A DNA stretch of 64,000 nt from Thermoproteota archaeon. Its GTDB lineage: Archaea > Korarchaeota > Korarchaeia > Korarchaeales > Korarchaeaceae. Made by a program: the position numbers and the translations under genes. Positions 53,109 to 60,823 of the stretch are shown one piece after another (positions within the stretch are counted from its first letter, which is position 1; each line of letters starts with the position of its first letter). The DNA lies in NCBI GenBank assembly GCA_027491915.1, contig JAOZGC010000002.1, positions 623,331 to 687,330 on the forward strand, in the 5' to 3' direction. The notes beneath the pieces are model-generated. The model was not told where the DNA came from. It ran no database searches and saw only the letters and a list, made by a program, of their open reading frames with translations.

Positions 53109-54436
53109 ACCCCCAGGTCCGAGAGGAGGAGCTCCCCCCGCCAGGTGAGGGAGTACAACCTCCTCCCGCCCTCCACCCTGGACCTCACGAGTCCCAGCTC
53201 CTCCAGCTCCCTCAGGTGCCTGTAGACGGCCGGCTTGGTCAGCCCGATCCCCTCGGTCCTCAGAGACTTCCACAGCCCGTAGGGATGCCTCGGACCGGCG
53301 GCCAGCATCCCCAGCAGCCTGAGCTTCGTGCCCCTCCGGCCGGCCCTCCCCCCGCGGGGCAGCCCGGCCACCACCCGGGACACCGCCCTCGGGTCCTTGA
53401 GCCCGGTGCCGGTGGCCACCAGCACCACCTCCTCCCCCCGGCCGACGGTCCCGTCCGCCGCGGCCTCGGCCAGCCCGGCCACCGCCACGGCGCTGGCGGC
53501 CTCCACCAGTATCCCCTCCGCCTCGGCCAGCCCGGCCATCCACCTTATGGCCTCCCCCTCCCCCACCGAGATGACGGCCCCCCCGCTCTCCCTGGCCGCC
53601 AGCAGGGCCTGGGCCCCCCTGGGCGGGTCCGGCTCCGCCAGGTCCCAGGCCACCGTCGCCCCCCCGCACCCCGCCGGCCCGGGGGAGTCCCTCCCCTCCC
53701 TGAAGGCCCTGGCCACCGGGTCGCACGGGCGGGCCTGGACCCCCAGGAACCTGGGGACGTCGCCGGCCGCCTCGGCCGCCCTGTAGAGGGACCAGAGGAG
53801 GGTCCCCGTACCGACCGGGACCACCACCCAGTCCGGCGCCCTCCCCAGGTCCTCGAGCACCTCCAGGTAGGCGGTGGAGTAGCCCAGTGACATTAGGGGG
53901 TCGTCGGCCCGGACCTCGTAGGCCCCGCCCCCGGCCCCCTCCCCGGTCAGGTCGGCCCCGAAGAGGATCAGCTGGTACAGCTTGCCGTAGTCGCTCCACC
54001 CCGAGACGTCGGCCGAGATCCCCATCCCGGCCGCGGCGGCGTAGGCCGCCAGGGATGCGGCCACGTTCCCCTTGGCCGAGGTCCTCAGGGACCCGTACCC
54101 CGCCTCCCTGGCCGCGGAGACCAGCACGGTGGACCCCCTGTCGACGAACGACCCGGTGGGGTTCCTGGTCTCGTCCTTTATCAGCAGGCGGTCCAGGCCG
54201 ATCCTCTCCCCGATCCTCTCGGCCCGGAGCAGCGGGGTCCCCCCCTCCCCGAGGGTGACGGGTCTCCCCACCGGGGGCAGGGATCCCGGGTACCTCCAGA
54301 CCCCCCTGCCGCCGCCCGACGGGGACGGGACCAGGGGGACCAGGTCCAGTGGGCCCCCGCAGCGGGGACACCTCCCCAGGGGCCCCCCGTAGGGGGCCGA
54401 CCAGCCGCAGGAGCGGCACTCGTACCTCGGGGCCAT
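53102..54436 (-). CDS. Threonine synthase-like protein lacking the PLP lysine, with N-terminal Zn ribbon and C-terminal wHTH
   Basis: CRSCG...CPRCGG, TLGEGGTPL, KDETRNPTGSFVDRG, PVGTGTL, ATGTGLKD, then HPYGLWKSL...TKPAVYRHLRELEELGLV...RRLYSLT. Confidence 0.85.
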   Translation of the reverse strand: MAPRYECRSCGWSAPYGGPLGRCPRCGGPLDLVPLVPSPSGGGRGVWRYPGSLPPVGRPVTLGEGGTPLLRAERIGERIGLDRLLIKDETRNPTGSFVDRGSTVLVSAAREAGYGSLRTSAKGNVAASLAAYAAAAGMGISADVSGWSDYGKLYQLILFGADLTGEGAGGGAYEVRADDPLMSLGYSTAYLEVLEDLGRAPDWVVVPVGTGTLLWSLYRAAEAAGDVPRFLGVQARPCDPVARAFREGRDSPGPAGCGGATVAWDLAEPDPPRGAQALLAARESGGAVISVGEGEAIRWMAGLAEAEGILVEAASAVAVAGLAEAAADGTVGRGEEVVLVATGTGLKDPRAVSRVVAGLPRGGRAGRRGTKLRLLGMLAAGPRHPYGLWKSLRTEGIGLTKPAVYRHLRELEELGLVRSRVEGGRRLYSLTWRGELLLSDLGVQ

Positions 54437-54591
54437 CGGGCCGTCCCGCCCGCCCCCGACCGGGCGGGCAAAAAAGGTGACCCCGGGTCGGGGGGACCCT
54501 GCGCACCTCCGGTGGTTCCTCACCCTAGGCCGCAGCGCGGATCCGGTCGGCCGGGGGCGGCGACCCCCTCCACCGGGACCCTCTGAGAAAT

Positions 54592-54640
54592 GTTTATATG
54601 TTGGTTTGACCGGTTTAACCTTGGGTGAACCGGTTTGACC
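54592..54640 (+). promoter_or_regulatory. TATA (TTTATAT) followed by ACCGGT-centred repeats; candidate VapBC autoregulatory operator
   Basis: ggtttgaccggtttaacc and gaaccggtttgacc, the latter overlapping the TTG start. Confidence 0.5.
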
Positions 54641-54898
54641 CTGAGGTTGAGGGTCGGGAGGAAGGGCTACGTGATCCTGCCGAAGGCGGTCAGGGAGGCG
54701 GTCGGGATAGAGGAGGGGGACGAGGTGATAGTCGAGGTGGGCGACGGGATAACCCTCAGGCCCGTCAGGAGGTTCGACAGGGGGAGGCTGGAGGAGGCGC
54801 TCAGGAGGCACCTGGACATGCTGGGCGCGGTGGAGGGCCTGAGGGAGCCCGAGCCCGGGGAGCTCGCGTCCGCCCGCCTGGAGGAGGAGTTCGAGTGA
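54635..54898 (+). CDS. vapB: AbrB/MazE-type antitoxin (VapB)
   Basis: RVGRKGYVILPKAVREAVGIEEGDEV. Confidence 0.9.
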   Translation: MTLRLRVGRKGYVILPKAVREAVGIEEGDEVIVEVGDGITLRPVRRFDRGRLEEALRRHLDMLGAVEGLREPEPGELASARLEEEFE

Positions 54899-55308
54899 GG
54901 GTCTTCTTGGACGCGCCCCTGCTGATCTACCTGAACGCCTCCAGGACCCCCGAGGTCAGGCGGGCCTACGAGGAATTCTACGAGGATCTCCTCTCCAGGG
55001 ACAGGGTCTTCTCGGATGCGCTGGTCCTCGACGAGGTGATCCACGTCTCCCGGAGGAAGTACAACGTTCCCTACGACGTCTCCCTGGAGTTCATAGAGTC
55101 GATAGTCCTCCCCTTCGTGGGGATACTGCCCATCGGGATCGAGGAGTTCGAGAGGGCCTCCGAGGTGATGAGGTCGCGCCGGATCAGGCCGTCGGACGCG
55201 CTCCACCTGGGGGCGATGGCGACGAACGGGATAGCCGTCATAGTCTCCGAGGACGAGGAGTTCGACGGCATGGAGGGCGTGAGGAGGATCTGGCTGGGTG
55301 GAGGGTGA
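54895..55308 (+). CDS. vapC: PIN-domain toxin (VapC)
   Basis: VFLDAPLLIY, LVLDEV, PSDALHLGAM, VSEDEEFD. Confidence 0.9.
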   Translation: MRVFLDAPLLIYLNASRTPEVRRAYEEFYEDLLSRDRVFSDALVLDEVIHVSRRKYNVPYDVSLEFIESIVLPFVGILPIGIEEFERASEVMRSRRIRPSDALHLGAMATNGIAVIVSEDEEFDGMEGVRRIWLGGG

Positions 55309-55456
55309 GGGGGGGCCTGGCGCGACCCACCCCGACGACGGGGCCCCGGCTTCCGCTCGGGCGGGCGGCCCGCCGCCGGGCCGGGGATCGGGGTCCCCGG
55401 ACACCGAACGGGGGAAGGTTAAAGCCCGCCCCCTCCCGGCCGCCCCGGCGTCGGAC

Positions 55457-56797
55457 ATGAGGGTGGTCGTGATCGGGGGAGGGGCCGCCGGGATGGCGGC
55501 GGCCAGCAGGGTGAGGAGGCTCTCCCCGGAGTCCGAGGTGGTCGTGGTCGAGAGGACCGGGTACGTGAGCTTCGCCCTCTGCGGCATACCCTACTACGTG
55601 GGCGGGCTGGTCCGGTCTCTGGACGACCTGATGTACTACCCCGCCAAGTTCTTCGAGGAGAAGAGGGGCATCAGGCTGGAGCTCGGGGCCGAGGTCGAGT
55701 CCATCGACGCGTCAGGCCGCTCGCTCTCCGTCAGGAGGGGGGAGGAGGTCTTCGAGCTCGGGTGGGATCGGCTGATAGTGGCCACCGGGGCCATGGCCTC
55801 CAGGCCGCCGGTCCCCGGGGTGGACCTGGACGGGGTCCTGACCGTCCACCACCTGGACGAGGGGGCGGAACTCAGGAGGAGGCTGGCCCGGGCGCGGAGG
55901 GTCGTGGTGGTGGGGGCGGGACTCAACGGCCTGGAGTTCGCCGAGAACGTCGCCCGCCTGGGGAAGGAGGTCCACGTTGTCGAGATGTTCGACCAGCTCC
56001 TGCCCAGGGCCCTGGACCCGGACGCGGCCGGGGTCCTCCTCCGGGAGGTGGGGAGCCCCGAGGGGGTGCGCTTCCACCTGGGGGAGGGGCTGGAGGAGGT
56101 GTCCGAGTCTGGGTCCGGCGGGCTGAGGGTCCAGGCCGGCGGCGAGACCCTGGAGGCGGATCTGGTCCTGCTGTTCACGGGGATCAGGCCCTCCGTGGAC
56201 CTGCTGAGGGAGGCCGGGGCCGAGGTGGGCGAGACCGGCGCCGTCAGGGTATCCCCCAGGATGGAGACCTCCCTGGACGGGGTGTACGCGGCGGGGGACG
56301 CGGTGGAGGTGACCAACAGAGTCACGGGGAGGCCCGACTGGTTCCCGTTCGCCCAGGTGGCCAACAAGACCGGCCTGGTGGCCGGGGCCAACGCGGCCGG
56401 CCGCCCGGTGGAGTTCCCGGGGGCTGTCGGGACCTGGACGGCCCGGGTCTTCGGGGTCGAGGTGGCGGGCACGGGGCTGACCGAGACGCGGGCGAGGGCG
56501 GAGGGGCTCGACCCGGAGGCCAGCCTCATCAGGGCGCCGACCAGGGCCCACTACATCCCCGGGGCCGGGGAGTCCCACCTCTGGGTCAAGGCGGTCTCCT
56601 CCGGGGACGGGAGGCTCCTGGGGGTCCAGGCGGTGGGCCCCGGGGCCCTGGCCCGGGTCAACGTGGCCGCCGCCCTGCTGGGCCTGGGGGCCGGGGCCGA
56701 GGAGCTCCTGTTCGCCGATCTTGGGTACGCCCCGCCGCTGGCCCCGGTCTGGGATCCGCTGGTGGTGGCCGGGAGGAGGCTCCACCCCATCCTGTGA
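55457..56797 (+). CDS. CoA-disulfide reductase / NAD(P)H oxidase / NSR family flavoprotein
   Basis: GGGAAGMAAA, SFALCGIPY (redox Cys), ATGA, VGAGLNGLE, YAAGD, DLGYAPP. Confidence 0.92.
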   Translation: MRVVVIGGGAAGMAAASRVRRLSPESEVVVVERTGYVSFALCGIPYYVGGLVRSLDDLMYYPAKFFEEKRGIRLELGAEVESIDASGRSLSVRRGEEVFELGWDRLIVATGAMASRPPVPGVDLDGVLTVHHLDEGAELRRRLARARRVVVVGAGLNGLEFAENVARLGKEVHVVEMFDQLLPRALDPDAAGVLLREVGSPEGVRFHLGEGLEEVSESGSGGLRVQAGGETLEADLVLLFTGIRPSVDLLREAGAEVGETGAVRVSPRMETSLDGVYAAGDAVEVTNRVTGRPDWFPFAQVANKTGLVAGANAAGRPVEFPGAVGTWTARVFGVEVAGTGLTETRARAEGLDPEASLIRAPTRAHYIPGAGESHLWVKAVSSGDGRLLGVQAVGPGALARVNVAAALLGLGAGAEELLFADLGYAPPLAPVWDPLVVAGRRLHPIL

Positions 56798-56860
56798 GCC
56801 CGAGTCGGTCGATCTCCATTCCCCCTCACATCTCCCCCCGGCGGCCCGCCCCACCGGACG

Positions 56861-57126
56861 GATCGGAGACGGCTCTACGTCTTCAGGATTGGGGACGTCC
56901 TCTCCCTGCTCTGGGACTCGGAGCTGGGCCTCTCCCCCAGGGGGGGTAATAAGGCCGGGCCCGCTCATAACGGTCCAGAGGAAGGGTGGCGATGGGAGGG
57001 GGATCAGGGTACCCAATACGGACTGACTGGAGTCATCCAGGGAATCAGCTCCAGTTCAAGTCCAGTCCGCTCAAGTTCGTTGAACGGGCAAGGGGGAGGA
57101 CCCCCCGCTGCGAGCCAGATCCCTGA
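56861..57126 (+). pseudogene. C-terminal remnant of a HinP1I-like type II restriction endonuclease
   Basis: Across two frameshifts (G run at about 56940; GACT duplication at about 57021): LYVFRIGDVL...LSPRG/VIRPGPLITVQRKGGDG...HPGNQLQFKSSPLKF. Family assignment is from recalled motifs. Confidence 0.6.
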
Positions 57127-59032
57127 GGGTGGAGTATATCCTGAAGAGGACCCCCTCATCGACCCCCACCGCGCGGATAACTGATCTGTCCAGCCTTTCC
57201 CTGTACTCCTCGCCGAGCTGCTCCCAGAGGGGGGGCAGCTCCCTCGCCTTCACGTCGTCGAAGGCTTCCCTCACCGGCCAGTCAACGTCCGGATCCGGGG
57301 AGATCATGGGGAGCTCCAGGTAGTCGTTCTCCAGGAGCCTGGTCCATGTATCCGAGATGCGCCTGCCCATGAGGTGGAGTACCGCCAGGAAGGGGGTGGA
57401 GTTCAACCAGGCGGCTATGAGCTTGGCCTCTTCCCCAGACCCCCTTATCAGGTAGAAGTTCTTCGAGGCCGACACCGGCTCCTCCGAGTAGTTGGCGAAG
57501 ACGCCCCTCCTCCTGAACGCGAGATCCACCTTGTCGGGGATGAAGACCCTCCCGAAGGGGCGCTTGCTCTCCACCTGGGAGAAGACGTGGGAGTACCACC
57601 TGTCCCCGAAGGCCCTGACGGCCGGAGCCGCTGCCTTGGACCTTTCCCCCCACCTCACGTACCTCCTGACGTCCGGAGGGAGCTCCTCCAATGGCAGTGG
57701 GGGTATAGAGAGCATGTAGCTGTCCGGAGACACCTCTATCCTCCTGGCGTAGAGGCTGGGCTTCCTCAGGCATCTCACCAAGAAGCCCCTGTTCAAGGAG
57801 AGGGTATCTTCCCCCCTGGATATGACTACCTCGTCCCCCCCGTCCTCCACCACCGACCAGTACCTGTTGGGGATGAAGAAGAAGTCGGGGCCGTACATCT
57901 CCAGCCCCCTCACCATGTCCGGCCCCAGATCCCCCCAGTACCCCAAGGTCCCCTTGGAGAGTCCCCGCTCGAAGAGCCCCCTCACGAGGTCCCTCAGCGG
58001 GCTGAAGAGGGACAGCCAGTTCATCTGGAGGAACGCGGGCAGTTCCTTGATGTCCACTCTCCCCAGCTCCTCTGCCGAATCGTTTACCCTGATTATGGCC
58101 GTTTCTCCATGATGTCTGTCCCCCTTCGCGGCCAATATTATGAGCTCCTTGAATCCGCTGTCGACGGAGAAGGAGCTGGAGGAATTCTCCACGACGGCCA
58201 TGAGGTTGTACCTCTCCAGTAGGAGCTTCTTGTAGCCCCTGCCGTATATGGTGTAGAAAGTCGAAGCCGGTAGAACCGCCCCCAGGAAACCCCCCTCCTT
58301 GAGGGCGTGATCAACCAGAAACATGGACAGGACTTGGAGGCCCATCTCCCTCCTGGTCAGGTATCTGGAGTAGCCGAGGTCCTCCACCACCCTCAGGAGC
58401 CTCGCCCTGTATCTCTTGGGGAGGAACTTCCACCTGGTGAACGGTGGATTCGTGACTATCACGTCGGCCCTCGGGAGGTCCGAGGCAGAGAGCAAGTTTG
58501 GTACGAGAGAAAAGGCGTCTCCAACGACCACCTTGACCTTTGAGGTTCCCAGGACGGTCACTAGGGAGGCTAGGGCCACCAGGGCTGGCAGGGGGAGTGG
58601 CTCTATCCCCCAGGCCAGATCCACCCTGTCGACCCCGATGCTCTTGACGGTCTCCGTGAGGAGCCTGGCCGATCCCATGAACGGATCCGCCACCACGAGG
58701 CCGGATCCACCGAGCTTTGAGGCCTCGGAGGCGAGTATCCCTATCCCCCTATCGGTGGTGTAGTACGCGGCGTAGGTCTTCCTCTCCTCCCTTGGCAGCG
58801 TCCTCTGAACTTCCATCTGGCACTCCTCCAGGGAGAGGAACTTGGCGAGCTCACCCTCGCCGGGGAGCTCCTCCACAATCCGAGATAGGGGCTCCAGGCT
58901 CCTGAGTCCATCGTATCCCACCACGTCGGCGAGCGTGGAGAGGCAGGTGAGCAATATCTTCCTCTCCCTGCCCCTGGTCTCCGACGATCTAATCGGCCTG
59001 GCCGTCCGTTCGCTCCCCCTAGGGTGAGGCAC
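57071..59032 (-). CDS. Amino (N6/N4) DNA methyltransferase, gamma class (M.TaqI/Eco57I-like), with C-terminal target-recognition region
   Basis: AAYYT, VADPFMGSARLL, WGIE, VGDAF, VTNPPF, GFLGAVLP, AWLNS; visibly lower GC than flanks; TATA-like ATAAATA at about 59060-59066. Confidence 0.88.
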   Translation of the reverse strand: MPHPRGSERTARPIRSSETRGRERKILLTCLSTLADVVGYDGLRSLEPLSRIVEELPGEGELAKFLSLEECQMEVQRTLPREERKTYAAYYTTDRGIGILASEASKLGGSGLVVADPFMGSARLLTETVKSIGVDRVDLAWGIEPLPLPALVALASLVTVLGTSKVKVVVGDAFSLVPNLLSASDLPRADVIVTNPPFTRWKFLPKRYRARLLRVVEDLGYSRYLTRREMGLQVLSMFLVDHALKEGGFLGAVLPASTFYTIYGRGYKKLLLERYNLMAVVENSSSSFSVDSGFKELIILAAKGDRHHGETAIIRVNDSAEELGRVDIKELPAFLQMNWLSLFSPLRDLVRGLFERGLSKGTLGYWGDLGPDMVRGLEMYGPDFFFIPNRYWSVVEDGGDEVVISRGEDTLSLNRGFLVRCLRKPSLYARRIEVSPDSYMLSIPPLPLEELPPDVRRYVRWGERSKAAAPAVRAFGDRWYSHVFSQVESKRPFGRVFIPDKVDLAFRRRGVFANYSEEPVSASKNFYLIRGSGEEAKLIAAWLNSTPFLAVLHLMGRRISDTWTRLLENDYLELPMISPDPDVDWPVREAFDDVKARELPPLWEQLGEEYRERLDRSVIRAVGVDEGVLFRIYSTLRDLARSGGSSPLPVQRT

Positions 59033-59478
59033 GTCCGCGACGGTTGCCGCGGGGACGCCTATTTATGTCAGACGGGTGGGCCCGCCGGCGGGCGGTCATC
59101 CCCTCTCCGCGGTCCCCCGGCCCCATCGGCGTTCAACCTTCCGAATCGCCCTCCCTCGCCTTCGGCCGCCGGTCTCAATCCGACGATGTCTCAGGATCGG
59201 CAGACCGACGGGTACCAGCGTCTCGAGGGTTTATCATCGCGGTCCCCGGAGTCGTGGTGACCCCATAGCTCCATGGGGCCCCCTCGGCTTGATCCACCCC
59301 AACGGCTCCCACCCCCCGGAGCGCGTCCGCCTTCTCACGTCGGGGGACGACCCAATCGCTTCCCGGCCGGGGATCGGCAGGCCGCTCGGGGGCTGGGGTC
59401 GAGAATTGATCGGGTGGGGCCGCCGGCGGGTGGGGGGCGCCGCGCTCGCTGGTTGGGGTCGGGACGGGGGCGCCCCGT

Positions 59479-60750
59479 TCAGGCCGAGTAGGGGAGCTCC
59501 TCCTCGGTCCCTCCTCCGCCCGCCCCCCGGGCCGCCCCCTTTATCACCTTGGCGGACTTCAGTATCTCGGGATCTATCAGCGAGGAGTTGGGGGTAGCCA
59601 CGACCAGGATGAGCCCCTCCTTCCTCCCCAGCCTCCTCAGGACGTCCTCCCAGAGGTGCTTCATGCCGGCGGCCGCCTGGGCGAACTCCTCGGGCAGGCT
59701 CTTCAGGAAGAGGGGGCTGGGAACCATGACCTCGATCCCCTCCAGGTAGACCAGCGTGGGCCCCCCCTCCGACCTGGCCACCGCGTCCAGGTCCTTGGCC
59801 ACCTCCTTGGGGTCCTCCTTCAGGGAGTCCACCGGGGAGTATATGAGCCTCCCCTCGGCCGCCCCGGCGGCCGCCCTGGCCGCGGCCCTCAGGGCCCGGA
59901 GCTCCTCCGGGCTGTCGAACTCGACCACGAAGAAGCCGCCCCTCCCGCCCCTCAGGTCCCCGGCCACCTCCTCCACCAGCCTCCTGACACCCTCCGGGAG
60001 GTCGGAGACGTCCACCTCCCCGGGGGTGGGGTACAGCTCCACGGCCCCCTTGGCCGACTCCGGCTCGGACACGTAGGGGGCGAGCCCCTCCTGGCTAACC
60101 AGCATGCCCAGCATGGAGGCCAGCAGGTCGAGCCTCTCCCCGACCCCGGGCGGGAGGTCCATCCCCCTGACCATGGATATGGTCGAGAGGGCCACGGAGG
60201 CGTTCTCCAGCCTCCGGAAGAAGATTGAGTAGAGGGTCATGGCCGCCAGGAGGTCCACCAGGTCCCCGACCCCCTTGCCCGCCGAGATCCTGGACCTGAA
60301 CTCCTCCGCCATCCTCACCGGGTCGAGCCTCGTGCTCAGTATGGCCGGCATTATCTCCTCGTCCACCGAGGTGGAGTGCAGCAGCACCTGGAGGGAGAAG
60401 GGACCCATCTGGTCCAGTTCCCTCCTGTCCTCCGGCCTGATCCACTTGGGCTCCAGGATCTCGATCTCATCGGCTGAGGACTCGACGCACCTCCTCATGG
60501 GGGAGTAGGGGCAGGGTCTCACCCTGCCGCGGACCCTGACGACGTCCCCCGGGAGGAAGTACTTGGGGGAGGACTCAAGGACGACGACTATGGCGCCGGT
60601 CTCATCCTCCAGCCTCATCCTCTCATACGCGTCGCCCGCCATGTTGAAGAACGGGAGGAGGTCCGTGATCCTGCCCTCCAGGACCACCTCCTTACCCACT
60701 GGAGTGGAGTCGCTCTGGGCGTCCCTGACGCTCTCCGGCAAGGGGGTCAC
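59479..60750 (-). CDS. OB-fold protein fused to a degenerate AAA-like domain
   Basis: VVLEGRI...LEDETGAIVV...PGDVVRVRGRV; C-terminal PTLVYLEGIEVMVP...ILVVATPNSSLIDPEILK with no Walker A. Confidence 0.75.
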   Translation of the reverse strand: MTPLPESVRDAQSDSTPVGKEVVLEGRITDLLPFFNMAGDAYERMRLEDETGAIVVVLESSPKYFLPGDVVRVRGRVRPCPYSPMRRCVESSADEIEILEPKWIRPEDRRELDQMGPFSLQVLLHSTSVDEEIMPAILSTRLDPVRMAEEFRSRISAGKGVGDLVDLLAAMTLYSIFFRRLENASVALSTISMVRGMDLPPGVGERLDLLASMLGMLVSQEGLAPYVSEPESAKGAVELYPTPGEVDVSDLPEGVRRLVEEVAGDLRGGRGGFFVVEFDSPEELRALRAAARAAAGAAEGRLIYSPVDSLKEDPKEVAKDLDAVARSEGGPTLVYLEGIEVMVPSPLFLKSLPEEFAQAAAGMKHLWEDVLRRLGRKEGLILVVATPNSSLIDPEILKSAKVIKGAARGAGGGGTEEELPYSA

Positions 60751-60823
60751 CCTCCGTGGTGGGAAGGGGTTTGAAGATTAATGTTGCCGCAACCTTTTCT
60801 TTTTCCCCGAATCGGGGGATCCG

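Noticed and set aside
59080-59470. Possible IS or transposase remnant upstream of the MTase
   Set aside because: No terminal inverted repeats, target-site duplication or transposase/TnpB motif could be read
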